Shown one piece after another: positions 26,911 through 36,000 of a DNA stretch of 64,000 nt. Position numbers and translations under genes: made by a program. The stretch spans positions 1 to 64,000 of the IMG/VR virus record IMGVR_UViG_3300031823_000001; one strand, written 5' to 3'. The notes under the pieces are model-generated. The model saw only the letters and a list, made by a program, of their open reading frames with translations, was not told the DNA's origin and ran no database searches. Each line of letters begins with the position of its first letter. The first letter of the stretch is position 1. The stretch comes from a virus.

Positions 26911-29900
26911 GTGGCGCTCACCGTAACTGCGACTGCCAGCGGGGCGGGCTCAGCCAACGGCATCGAGCTGGCCGTCAGGGTCCTGAACGGCGCTTCGCTG
27001 ACGCAGGCCGGGGCAGCGGCCAACTCGGCGACAGTCACCACGCCGCAGCTCGCCGTGACTCCGGGCGCGTCCGGGAACTGGGTTTACGGCTGCGTCGGCA
27101 CAGGCGGGTCGGCGACCGCGTTCTCCAGCCTGGACGCCGACACCACGTCCGTCGCCGCCTCCACCGTCGTCAGCGGCGGCTACTGGGGCATGTACCGCTC
27201 CACCTCCGGGACCACCACGTCTTCCACGACGTACGGATGGGCGGCGCCCACCGCGACCTCCGGCAACTACTTCGCGGCATGCGCCGAGATCCAGGCCAGC
27301 GGCACCCTGTCGGAGGACAGCTCTACCCCGGCGGTCGCCTCTACCTCCGGCGCCGCGACGGTCACGAGCGCGTCGTTCACCCCGCCCGGCACGTCCATTC
27401 TCGTCGCCACGGTCCTCGCCCAGTGGAGCGGCACGGGCGCGGTAAGCGTCGCGCTGAGCGACTCCGCCGGCGCGTACAACTGGACGCAGCTCAGCGCCAC
27501 CCCGACCGAGGCGCTGGCCAGCGTCTGGGTGGGCATCCCCGTCTCCGGCGGAACGGCCGGCTTCGCAGCCGTCGGAGGGCTCGGCAGCGCCACCGCGTCC
27601 GGGTTCACCCTGACGACCGGCGCGGCGGACGGCAAGGACCACTTCGTCCTGCTGTGGGTGACTTCGGAGACGGTCGCCGACTACGCGACGGCGGTCAGCA
27701 GCAGCAACATCGCCTGGGACCCGGCCCCGGCGGTCCCGCATACCCCGTTCACGAACAACCCCGTCGTCCAGACGGTGTTCAAGGGCAAGGTGACCAGCGC
27801 CTCGGCCGGCGCTGCGGTAACCGTCTCGCTGTCAGCGGGCAGCCCGACCATGCGCATCGCCTGGCGGGAGTTCAGTACCGCCGCCGGGTACGGGGCTCTC
27901 GTCCTGGAGGCCCTCGGGACCACCGACACCGCGTCCGGCGGCGCGATGCCGCCGGTCACTCCCGTGCACGCGGGGTGCCTTTACGCCGGCTACGTCTACG
28001 ACGACGGAACCGGGGTCGCGGGCACGACCGCCGGCTACGTCTACGCCCTGGACGCCAACACCAACCAGTTCGCCTACAACCTGTCGTGCACCGGCTCCCC
28101 GCAGAGCCCGAACATCGGCGACACGGGCGGCACCTCCGGCATCGGCGTGATGATGTACCAGGCGGTCAACACGCCGCCGCCCCGCCCCGCCCTGGTGCCG
28201 CCCGGCTCCAGGTCCCCCATGTCCATGCGGGCGCTCCAGGTGCCGCCGCTCCCGCCGGGGCCGGTCACCCTGCCCGGGGCGGTGTCCCTGTCGGGATCAG
28301 GCACGGTCACCCCGACCGGGAACGGCCGCAGCCAGTACACCTGGCCTTTCACCTACGACTCGATTTGGAACCTGCCGGTCAGCGCGAGCGCCACGTACGC
28401 CCCGTCGGGAATCACTGTCACCAGCGACTACTCGACCGATCCCAGCGCGGTGGAGTACTGCTGTACTGATCCCGCGCAGCCGGTCAAGAGCCTGCTCAAC
28501 GCGGAGCTGTCCGGCGGGGGCACCGGGGCGGTGAACGTCTACGTCGCGCCCGGCATGTCCGCTCCGGGTACCTGGAATGACTGCGCGGCGCTCCTGGGGA
28601 CTGACAACGACACCGTCTACCAGGGCCAGACCCTGGAGCTGACGGCAGGCGGCAACCCGCAGTTCGGCGGGGACGCGGACGCTCCGTCGGCCACGGTCAG
28701 CATCACCGGGGAGGGGATCACCGGGGCGCACGGCGGGTCAGGGCTGTCTGCGCTGGGCGGGACGCTCACCGTGGCCGACCTGACCGGCTCGGGGCCGATC
28801 AGCCATGCGATGAAGGTCTGTTTCAACGGCTACGAGTACTACTCGTCCGCAGGCGCCGGCTACCAGTGGCCGGCGATCAGTGCCGACGGCGGGTACAACG
28901 TCCCGGCCGACGTGAACTACTACGGCGGCTCCAATCCTGACGTGATCCTGGGGGCGCTGCTGGCGCTCCCGCCTTTCATCGTGCCGTCCTCGCGGTACTC
29001 CGATCCGCTCGTCCAGCGGATCGCCACCGCCATGCAGTGCTACGGCTGCTACATCGTTGACAACACCGCGAGCGGACCCGGTGTCAGCGACAGCATTATC
29101 GAAATCAACTACGACGCGGTCAGCTACTTCACGGGCACCGGCACTTTCAGCTCTGATCTTCATCAGATGCTGGAAGACCTTCAGGTCATCACCAGCAGTA
29201 CGTCGAGCACGCCGGGCGGCGGCGCGATCGGAAGCGACAGGTTCGCTCCCTATGCACCGCCGTTCAACAACGGCACGGACGTCCCGCCGTCGGTGACGGT
29301 AGTGACCCCGGAGTCGGTCCTGATGGAGTCTCTCCAGGACGCCTTCCCCGGCAGCACACTCAATGCCCAGTGGGGAAGTTACGGCACCGTAACCGTCGCC
29401 GCGAACCAGGCCGCTGTCGCGTCGGGCACCTCCGAGAGCGGCATCTACTCGGTCTCCGGGTACATGCTCACCGGCAGCTACATGCTGGCCAAGGTCACCC
29501 CTTACACCGGGGGGACCGGCGGCTACACGTATTTCCAGGCCATCACGGAGACCGGCTCAGGCGGAGCTGGAATCCAGTACAACAGCGGGAGCATCTGGGC
29601 ATACTGGATCAGCTCCTCTGGCGCGGTCACCAGCCTGGCCACGCTCACGTACGACCCGGTAAACCACGCCTGGTGGCGCATCAGGGAGTCCGGCGGGACG
29701 ACCTATTTCGACACGGCCCCCGACGGGCTTGTCTGGACGAACAGATGGTCGGTCGCCGACCCGATCATCTACAACAGCATGGAAGCCCAGCTAGGGACCG
29801 CGATCAGCGGCGGCACCGCCGGGACCACCTACCTCACTGACTTCAACCTGCCGTCAGCCGCCGGGGCGGTCTCGCTGGCAGGCACCGGAATCCTGGGGGC

Positions 29901-31623
29901 AGCCGGGCAGGCGGCAGTACCGGGAGCCGCCTCCCTGGCCGGCCTGGGTACCGCCTCCGCCGCCGGGCACAAGAGCATCCCCGGCGCTGCGTCCTTCGTC
30001 GGCATCGGCAGCCTCACGGCGAGCGGGACGGGCACCGTCAGCGCCGCCGCCGCACTGACGGGGTCCGGCACTGCCGGAGCCGCCGGGCAGAAGACGGTCC
30101 CGGGCGCGGCGCCGCTCGCCGGGTCCGGGACCACGGGCGCCGCCGGCGGCCTCGCCGGGTCAGCCCCCATGGCAGGCCTGGGGAGCCTGGGAGCCGCCGG
30201 GCAGAAGACCGTCCCGGGAGCAGCGCCGCTGGCCGGGCTCGGTGCCGTCACCCCGGACGGGCAGAAGACCGTCCCCGGTGCCGCGTCTTTCTCCGGTATC
30301 GGCAGCTTCGGGGCAGCCGGGCACAAGACGGTGCCCGGGGCAGCGCCCCTGGCGGGGACCGGGCTGGCGACGGCCGCAGGCCAGAAGACGGTGCCGGGGA
30401 GCGCTTCCCTGGCCGGCCTGGGCACCGCCGCAGTCGCGGGCCAGAAGACGGTTCCCGGTGCTGTCTCAGCCGCCGGGACCGGCACCCTGACTGCCGCTGA
30501 GCACAAGACAGTCCCGGGTGCGGCCCCGCTCGGCGGAGCCGGAAGTCTGTCCGGCGCCGGGGAGACGGTCCGCCCCGGGGCAGCCGCCCTGGCCGGCGCG
30601 GGCATCTTCTCCGCTACCTCCGGCGGGTTCCTCCCCGGGGCGGCGGCACTGGCAGGGGCCGGCACGGCAGGAGCCGCCGGGCAGAAGACGGTACCCGGGA
30701 CAGCGGCGCTCAGCGGATCGGGTACGGCCGCCGCCGCTGCCCGGGTGACCTATTCCGCCTCTGCCCCTCTCGCGGGGGCGGGAACCCTGGCAGCCGCCTG
30801 GACCTTCACGCAGCAGGCGGCTGCGCCCCTCGGCGGCCTTGGCACCGCCTCCGCTTCCCCCTCGGGGTTCGTCCCGGGAGCAGCCCCGCTCGCCGGGGCG
30901 GGAACCCTGGGCGCTGGTGCGGTGCGCACCGCTCACGCGGTCGCCGCGCTGGCCGCGCAGGCAGAGCTGGCCGCTCAGGCACGGCTGACAAGAGAGGCGT
31001 CCGCGTCCCTGGCGTCGGGGGCCGTCCTCAGCCCGCATGCCGTCGTCGGCCGGCCGGGCAGTGCGGCACTGACCGCGCCAGGCACGGTCAGTGCCCCCGG
31101 GCTGGTCACCGAGAAGGCCGCCTTCGCGGGGTCTGCTCACGGAACCCTCGGCGCTGCGGCAGTGAGGACTGCCGTGGCGCGCGGGGCGCTGGCGGCTTCC
31201 GCAGCGCTGACCGCGCACGGCACCATCGCGAGGCCCGGCACCGCGTACTTCACGGCAGCGCCCGTCGTGACCGCCGCCGGGGTCATCCCGCAGCGCGGGA
31301 CCGCCGCGCTCGGCGCGCACCCGGTGCTGTTCGCGTCGGCCTTCAACCGCCTCGGCACCGCGTCCCTGTCTTCCACGGCCGCCCTGTCGTGCTCGGCGAC
31401 CGCCGGGCCTGACCTGGAAGCGCTGTGGGCCGCTTACCAGAAGGCGCGGCTGGCGGAGAACAGGGCCTTCGAGATCTGGCGGATGATGCACCAGGCGGGA
31501 GGCACCGACGGCACCGCCGGGTTCCTGTACGCGAAGGCGTACGAGGCCGAGCGCCAGGCTGATCTTGCCTACAAGGCTTTCCAGGCGGCGCAGCGGAGGG
31601 TCTTCACCGGAGTCACCGGCTGA
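26911..31623 (+). CDS. Large fibre/receptor-binding protein: several beta-sandwich domains followed by 19-aa tandem repeats
   Basis: Lectin-like domain (WWRIRESGGTTYFDT.PDG..W) and GAAPLAGxGTxxAAGQKTV repeats. Confidence 0.75.
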   Translation: MALTVTATASGAGSANGIELAVRVLNGASLTQAGAAANSATVTTPQLAVTPGASGNWVYGCVGTGGSATAFSSLDADTTSVAASTVVSGGYWGMYRSTSGTTTSSTTYGWAAPTATSGNYFAACAEIQASGTLSEDSSTPAVASTSGAATVTSASFTPPGTSILVATVLAQWSGTGAVSVALSDSAGAYNWTQLSATPTEALASVWVGIPVSGGTAGFAAVGGLGSATASGFTLTTGAADGKDHFVLLWVTSETVADYATAVSSSNIAWDPAPAVPHTPFTNNPVVQTVFKGKVTSASAGAAVTVSLSAGSPTMRIAWREFSTAAGYGALVLEALGTTDTASGGAMPPVTPVHAGCLYAGYVYDDGTGVAGTTAGYVYALDANTNQFAYNLSCTGSPQSPNIGDTGGTSGIGVMMYQAVNTPPPRPALVPPGSRSPMSMRALQVPPLPPGPVTLPGAVSLSGSGTVTPTGNGRSQYTWPFTYDSIWNLPVSASATYAPSGITVTSDYSTDPSAVEYCCTDPAQPVKSLLNAELSGGGTGAVNVYVAPGMSAPGTWNDCAALLGTDNDTVYQGQTLELTAGGNPQFGGDADAPSATVSITGEGITGAHGGSGLSALGGTLTVADLTGSGPISHAMKVCFNGYEYYSSAGAGYQWPAISADGGYNVPADVNYYGGSNPDVILGALLALPPFIVPSSRYSDPLVQRIATAMQCYGCYIVDNTASGPGVSDSIIEINYDAVSYFTGTGTFSSDLHQMLEDLQVITSSTSSTPGGGAIGSDRFAPYAPPFNNGTDVPPSVTVVTPESVLMESLQDAFPGSTLNAQWGSYGTVTVAANQAAVASGTSESGIYSVSGYMLTGSYMLAKVTPYTGGTGGYTYFQAITETGSGGAGIQYNSGSIWAYWISSSGAVTSLATLTYDPVNHAWWRIRESGGTTYFDTAPDGLVWTNRWSVADPIIYNSMEAQLGTAISGGTAGTTYLTDFNLPSAAGAVSLAGTGILGAAGQAAVPGAASLAGLGTASAAGHKSIPGAASFVGIGSLTASGTGTVSAAAALTGSGTAGAAGQKTVPGAAPLAGSGTTGAAGGLAGSAPMAGLGSLGAAGQKTVPGAAPLAGLGAVTPDGQKTVPGAASFSGIGSFGAAGHKTVPGAAPLAGTGLATAAGQKTVPGSASLAGLGTAAVAGQKTVPGAVSAAGTGTLTAAEHKTVPGAAPLGGAGSLSGAGETVRPGAAALAGAGIFSATSGGFLPGAAALAGAGTAGAAGQKTVPGTAALSGSGTAAAAARVTYSASAPLAGAGTLAAAWTFTQQAAAPLGGLGTASASPSGFVPGAAPLAGAGTLGAGAVRTAHAVAALAAQAELAAQARLTREASASLASGAVLSPHAVVGRPGSAALTAPGTVSAPGLVTEKAAFAGSAHGTLGAAAVRTAVARGALAASAALTAHGTIARPGTAYFTAAPVVTAAGVIPQRGTAALGAHPVLFASAFNRLGTASLSSTAALSCSATAGPDLEALWAAYQKARLAENRAFEIWRMMHQAGGTDGTAGFLYAKAYEAERQADLAYKAFQAAQRRVFTGVTG
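29860..31405 (+). repeat. 57-bp (19-aa) degenerate tandem repeat array
   Basis: Repeated GGGCAGAAGACGGTxCCxGG / GQKTVPGAAPLAG. Confidence 0.85.
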
Positions 31624-31632
31624 CCCCGGAAG
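31624..31632 (+). promoter_or_regulatory. Candidate late promoter element CCCCGGAAG
   Basis: Intergenic, before GGGAGG RBS. Confidence 0.5.
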
Positions 31633-31647
31633 ACTGGGAGGTCTTTC

Positions 31648-31890
31648 GTGTGGGGTAACTGGTACTGGCCGCGCGGGCTGATCGTCGTGTTCGTCGCGTT
31701 CGCGGTCCCTGAGCTGTACGCGCTGTTCACCAACGTGCAGAACACGCTCTCGGACTACTGCTGGCGCGAGCTGAACGTCAACGTGGCGTGGGGGCACGGG
31801 GTGCACACGGCCGCCTGGTGGTTCTCGCTGGTCATGTGGCTGACGTTCGTGGCGGTCATCACCGGGCACATCTGGTGGCGGTCGCTGTAA
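31648..31890 (+). CDS. Two-TM small membrane protein
   Basis: Trp-rich; NTLSDYCW; two hydrophobic helices. Confidence 0.65.
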   Translation: MWGNWYWPRGLIVVFVAFAVPELYALFTNVQNTLSDYCWRELNVNVAWGHGVHTAAWWFSLVMWLTFVAVITGHIWWRSL

Positions 31891-31898
31891 CCGGGGCC

Positions 31899-32315
31899 TT
31901 AGAGGGACGGGGCCGACATGCGGTCCTTCCACTCCTGCGCGCACTCCAGCGTGCAGAACGCGTGGTCAGTCTCGTCTCCCTCCACCCGGGCGAGCCACGG
32001 GTCACCGCTCACCTTGCTGGAGCAGGAGGGACCCTCGCATTCGCTGGCGTCTTCTTCCTCTTCGGGGGAGGCGACGGCCAGCAGGACCGGGGCTGCCTTG
32101 ATCGCCGCCGGCAGCGGCGGCGCGGGGGGCGTGATCCGCACGCGGTCGTGCGCCGCGTGGCGGATCCGGCCGATCCCCACCGCGATAGCGATGAAAGAGA
32201 CAGCGAACACGGCCATGTAGAACTGCCCCGGGTAGGCACGGATGAAGTCGTTCAGCTCGACGCCCGCCCAGGCGAGCAGCAGTACTGCGACGATGACGAC
32301 GATCGCGGCTGGCAT
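31899..32315 (-). CDS. Membrane protein with C-terminal Cys finger
   Basis: Two TM; CEGPSC...FCTLECA. Confidence 0.6.
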   Translation of the reverse strand: MPAAIVVIVAVLLLAWAGVELNDFIRAYPGQFYMAVFAVSFIAIAVGIGRIRHAAHDRVRITPPAPPLPAAIKAAPVLLAVASPEEEEDASECEGPSCSSKVSGDPWLARVEGDETDHAFCTLECAQEWKDRMSAPSL

Positions 32316-32452
32316 CAGTCTTCCTCCTGTACCCTGCACTCGCCGTCCGGGCAGTCCGTGCAGTTCAGGACGGGCATGGGCCACGAAAACACCACGCCGC
32401 GCGGGATCGAGTGAGAGCCGCTGAGGTGCCCGCAGTTCGTGCAGATGTTCAC
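32315..32452 (-). CDS. Tiny Cys-rich protein
   Basis: MNICTNCGH...CTDCPDGEC; GAGGAG RBS. Confidence 0.5.
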   Translation of the reverse strand: MNICTNCGHLSGSHSIPRGVVFSWPMPVLNCTDCPDGECRVQEED

Positions 32453-32461
32453 TGGATCTCC

Positions 32462-32761
32462 TCAGAAAACGCCCTCGAACGGGCTCCAGCCCCAGCGCCT
32501 GCGGCGGCGGGGCGCGGTGCGGACCGTGGCCGGAATCGTCTCCTCCTGCTGCCTCGCCTGGACCATGACCTTTTCCCCGTGCTCGTAGCGCTCGCCCGCC
32601 TCGGGCGGGACGACAGCGGCGATCAGTCCGTCGCCGATGCAGACGTAGGTGACGGTCCCGGCCAGGGCGCCGTAAGCGGCCCTGACCATCGCGGCGCCTA
32701 GTTCGGCCGAACCATCCGACCCGCGACTGACGTAGTCCTCGATGTCGATGTAGTTGCTCAT
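32462..32761 (-). CDS. Hypothetical protein (antitoxin Phd-like N-terminus possible)
   Basis: ELGAAMVRAAY.G.VTYV..G...AAVVP. Confidence 0.5.
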   Translation of the reverse strand: MSNYIDIEDYVSRGSDGSAELGAAMVRAAYGALAGTVTYVCIGDGLIAAVVPPEAGERYEHGEKVMVQARQQEETIPATVRTAPRRRRRWGWSPFEGVF

Positions 32762-32994
32762 CAGGTGAACTCCAGGTCCAGGGCGGGGTTGTAGGACAGG
32801 TCCTCGAAGCGGTGCCCCCAGGTTCCCTTCGCTGGCGTGAAGCCGCCGTCGGGGGAGAAATGCTGGGAGTAGTGCTCGGCGACGGCCAGGGCGTCGCCCA
32901 GCTCGTCTGCGTCCAGCACGCCGTGCTCGCTGATCAGGTGCTTGCGCAGCCCGTCGTGCTCCTCGGTGAGAGGCCACTCTTGTCCCTTGCTCAT
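32761..32994 (-). CDS. Small His-rich protein, leaderless
   Basis: LRKHLISEHG...EHYSQH; TATTGT-N6-ATG. Confidence 0.6.
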   Translation of the reverse strand: MSKGQEWPLTEEHDGLRKHLISEHGVLDADELGDALAVAEHYSQHFSPDGGFTPAKGTWGHRFEDLSYNPALDLEFT

Positions 32995-33003
32995 AAAGGG
33001 ACA

Positions 33004-33021
33004 ATATCAAGGAAAGCTGTA
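33004..33021 (-). promoter_or_regulatory. 18-bp phage promoter/operator motif
   Basis: Minus strand TACAGCTTTCCTTGATAT. Confidence 0.8.
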
Positions 33022-33069
33022 TTCCTCAACGCTTTTGGCCTTCACCGCCAGAAGGGGTGAGGAGGCAGC

Positions 33070-36000
33070 ATGATCCGGAGGCACTCAACCAGGCTGTCCC
33101 AGGCGCACGACGAGCCGGAGGACGACCAGGCGCAGCACACCGCCGCCCGTGACTACCCCGAGCTGGGCACCGTCCTGACCGACCGCCCCGACCCGGGCCA
33201 GCAGATCACGGTCATCGGGATGCGCCGCCACGGCGACGCCTACGGCACCCCCGAGGACGCCCGCAGCGGCGAGTACAACGGCGGCGAGGGCGACCTCGGC
33301 ATGTACTGGGCCGAGCCGGGCCAGCAGGCGTGGAAAGAGGAGAACCTCGGCCCGCAGGAAGAGGCCCCGCCGCCCCTCTACAGCCCGGACACGTTCGCCG
33401 GGAACGTCATGGCCCGCTTGCACGCCATGGAGGAGGCCCAGGGCTTCTTCGGCATGCGCCACCACGCCACCTCCATCAACGGCACCCAGATCGACGACGC
33501 CGGGGACGCGCCGGAGCACGGCACCGTACCCCGCGCCGGCGAGCCGAATTCCTACGACGACCGCTCCACCGAAGGCCAGGGCGACCCCCGGTGGAACCAG
33601 GCGCTGCCGGCGTCGCAGCACGGCGACAAGAAGGCCGAGAACGGCGCGACCGTCGGGATGTACCCCGAGGGGATGTCAGCCGGCGGCGGACCCGGGCTGG
33701 AGATCGGCGCGTTCACCGCCGCCTTGCCTCCTGGCGAGCTGGACGAGCTGCGCAGGCACGTCGGCGGGGACCACGGCTTCCCCGTCCAGGACAGCTACGG
33801 GGACGCAGCCCTGTCCGCCATCCACGACGGGCTGCACATGTCGGGGCTGGCCTCCCACAGCCACGCTGACGACGACTACGAGACCAATCCTGCCTGGGAC
33901 CGCGACGCTGGCGGCTACCACGAGTTCACCGGCTCCCGCCGGACCGCCCGGGTGCCGTGGACCGGCAAGGAGCGCGGCAGCCTGCACCGCTGGCAGGAGG
34001 AGCCCACGGCCACCTGGGGCGACTTCGTGCCGTCCTCGGAGTTCCCGCTCCTGGGCGCGGGCGAGCACGTCAGCCACGAGGACGGCGGCGACGGCATCGG
34101 CCCGGTCGAGGGCGCCGGGGGCCTGGACGACAGGTTCGGCCCGGACATCACCTCGCTGGGCCCGGCGATGAAGAGCCCGTCCGGCTACCCCCTGGCACTG
34201 CCTGAGAACGGCGGGTCGGCCGCCGACGACCCGGAGAAGGCGGTCGCCGACTCGCGGGACTTCCGCCCGCGCCCGCAGGAGGACGTGCGGGAGCGCGACC
34301 CGGACAGGTTCCTGCGGATGATGAACGCGCTCAACGTCCACGTGCGGATCGACGGCAAGGAACTGCACGACCACGACGACCCGGACAACTCCCTGGACGC
34401 TGCCGAGGACAAGAAGCCGGACAGTCCACAGGACAAAAACGACCCCGGTAACGAGTCTTCGCAGGCAGACGACGCTGACTCGCTGGACAGTCCACAGGAC
34501 AGTCCACAGGGACTCCCGGCGCCCGGGACGCAGGAAGACAACCCTGAGGCCGACCCGTCGCAGTGGCCGCAGGCCGGGGCGGACGTGAACGAGACGTCCC
34601 GCGCCTATACCCAGGGCAGCGGAGACGGCAAGGTAAAGCGCGGCACTCCTCCTGCGCCCCAGCAGGATCAGGAGAACGATCCCGGCAACCAGGACGATTC
34701 CAGCGGTCCGGACGACGACAGCACCCCGTTCAGCAAGGACGGCGCCCTGGCGATGTTCACTGCCTCCGCCGCCAGCCCGGCGTTCCGCTTCGAGTTCACT
34801 GCCACCTGGAACGACGTCGTCGCCAAGGCGAAGCGGATCAGGGCCGGCGGCCACGTCCGCATCGTGCACGCTTCGGCGAGCATGGTCATCGGCGAGGTGC
34901 GCGGCGACCACGACACCTACGAGACCGGCATCCAGCGTCCGGTCGGCAAGCGGCAGACGATCCAGCACTGGGCGTGCGGCTGCCCGTGGGCGAGCTTCCA
35001 CCAGAAGACAGCGGCCAGGAGCTTCAACGGCCGCCCGTGCTCGCACGTGATGGCCCTCCAGTTCGAGGCGCAGGCGCGCGGTATGTTCGGCCGCCAGTTC
35101 AGCTCCGACGCCGAGGTGCCCGCCTGGGCGCCGCAGAGCGTCGTGGTGAAGTCCTGGCCGCCGTACGAGGGAGAACCGCACGCCGGCCGCTGGCGTGAGG
35201 AGTGGCGCGCACCACTGGCGCACCTGCGCCGCCCCGGTGGCGCGCCAGGTGCACCAGGCGACGTCCTTGGTGCGCCAGTGGTGTGCGCCACCGCCGCACT
35301 GGTGCGCGCCGGGGAGGACCCCGCCGAGGTCGGCGCGCTCCAGGTGCTGGCCGGGATGCGCACCGAAGCAGAGACGTCTTCGGTGCTGCGCGTCGCGTGC
35401 ATGGGGAATTCCATCGCAGCGAACGGAAACGGACCGGAAGGGGACAACCCAGATCTTTCTTTCCTCCGGTGGGCCAGCCGTCTCTCAGCCGGCTGTATCC
35501 GCCACGCGGGCTCGTTTTCGGCCGACGGGGCGAGCAGCAGCCAGATTCTTGCCTCCCAGATGGCTCCTGTGGTGGCATCCAAGCCCGACGCCTGCATCAT
35601 CGGCCCCTGGGTGGTGAACAACCCGGTCCTCGGTGTTTCCTTCGACCGGACGGCAGCCGACGTTGAGAACGCCGTGCTGGCGCTTCGAGTCGCCGGGATA
35701 GCTCCCCTGCTGTCACTTGAGCCTCCGGCGCCTGACCAGGAGCGCTCTGCTTTCGTGCGGCAGTACAACGAATGGGCGCAGCACTTTGCCGCCAGGTCCG
35801 GCGTCCCGGTCGCCGACTTTTTCGCGTCGCTGACAGGTCGGAACGGGGACTGGGCCGAAGGTTATAGCGCTGACGGGATACACCCGACCGCTGCTGGTGC
35901 GCGGGCTATGGGCAGGACTGTTGCCGGGTTGCTGAATTCCCCGGCGGTAGTTATCCCGGCGCCCCTGGCGTCGCTGCGTTACGAAGCCGACCAGTCGAAC

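Noticed and set aside
29860-31405. CRISPR array or DGR template/variable repeat
   Set aside because: Repeats are in-frame degenerate coding units without unique spacers; no reverse transcriptase or adenine-specific variation.
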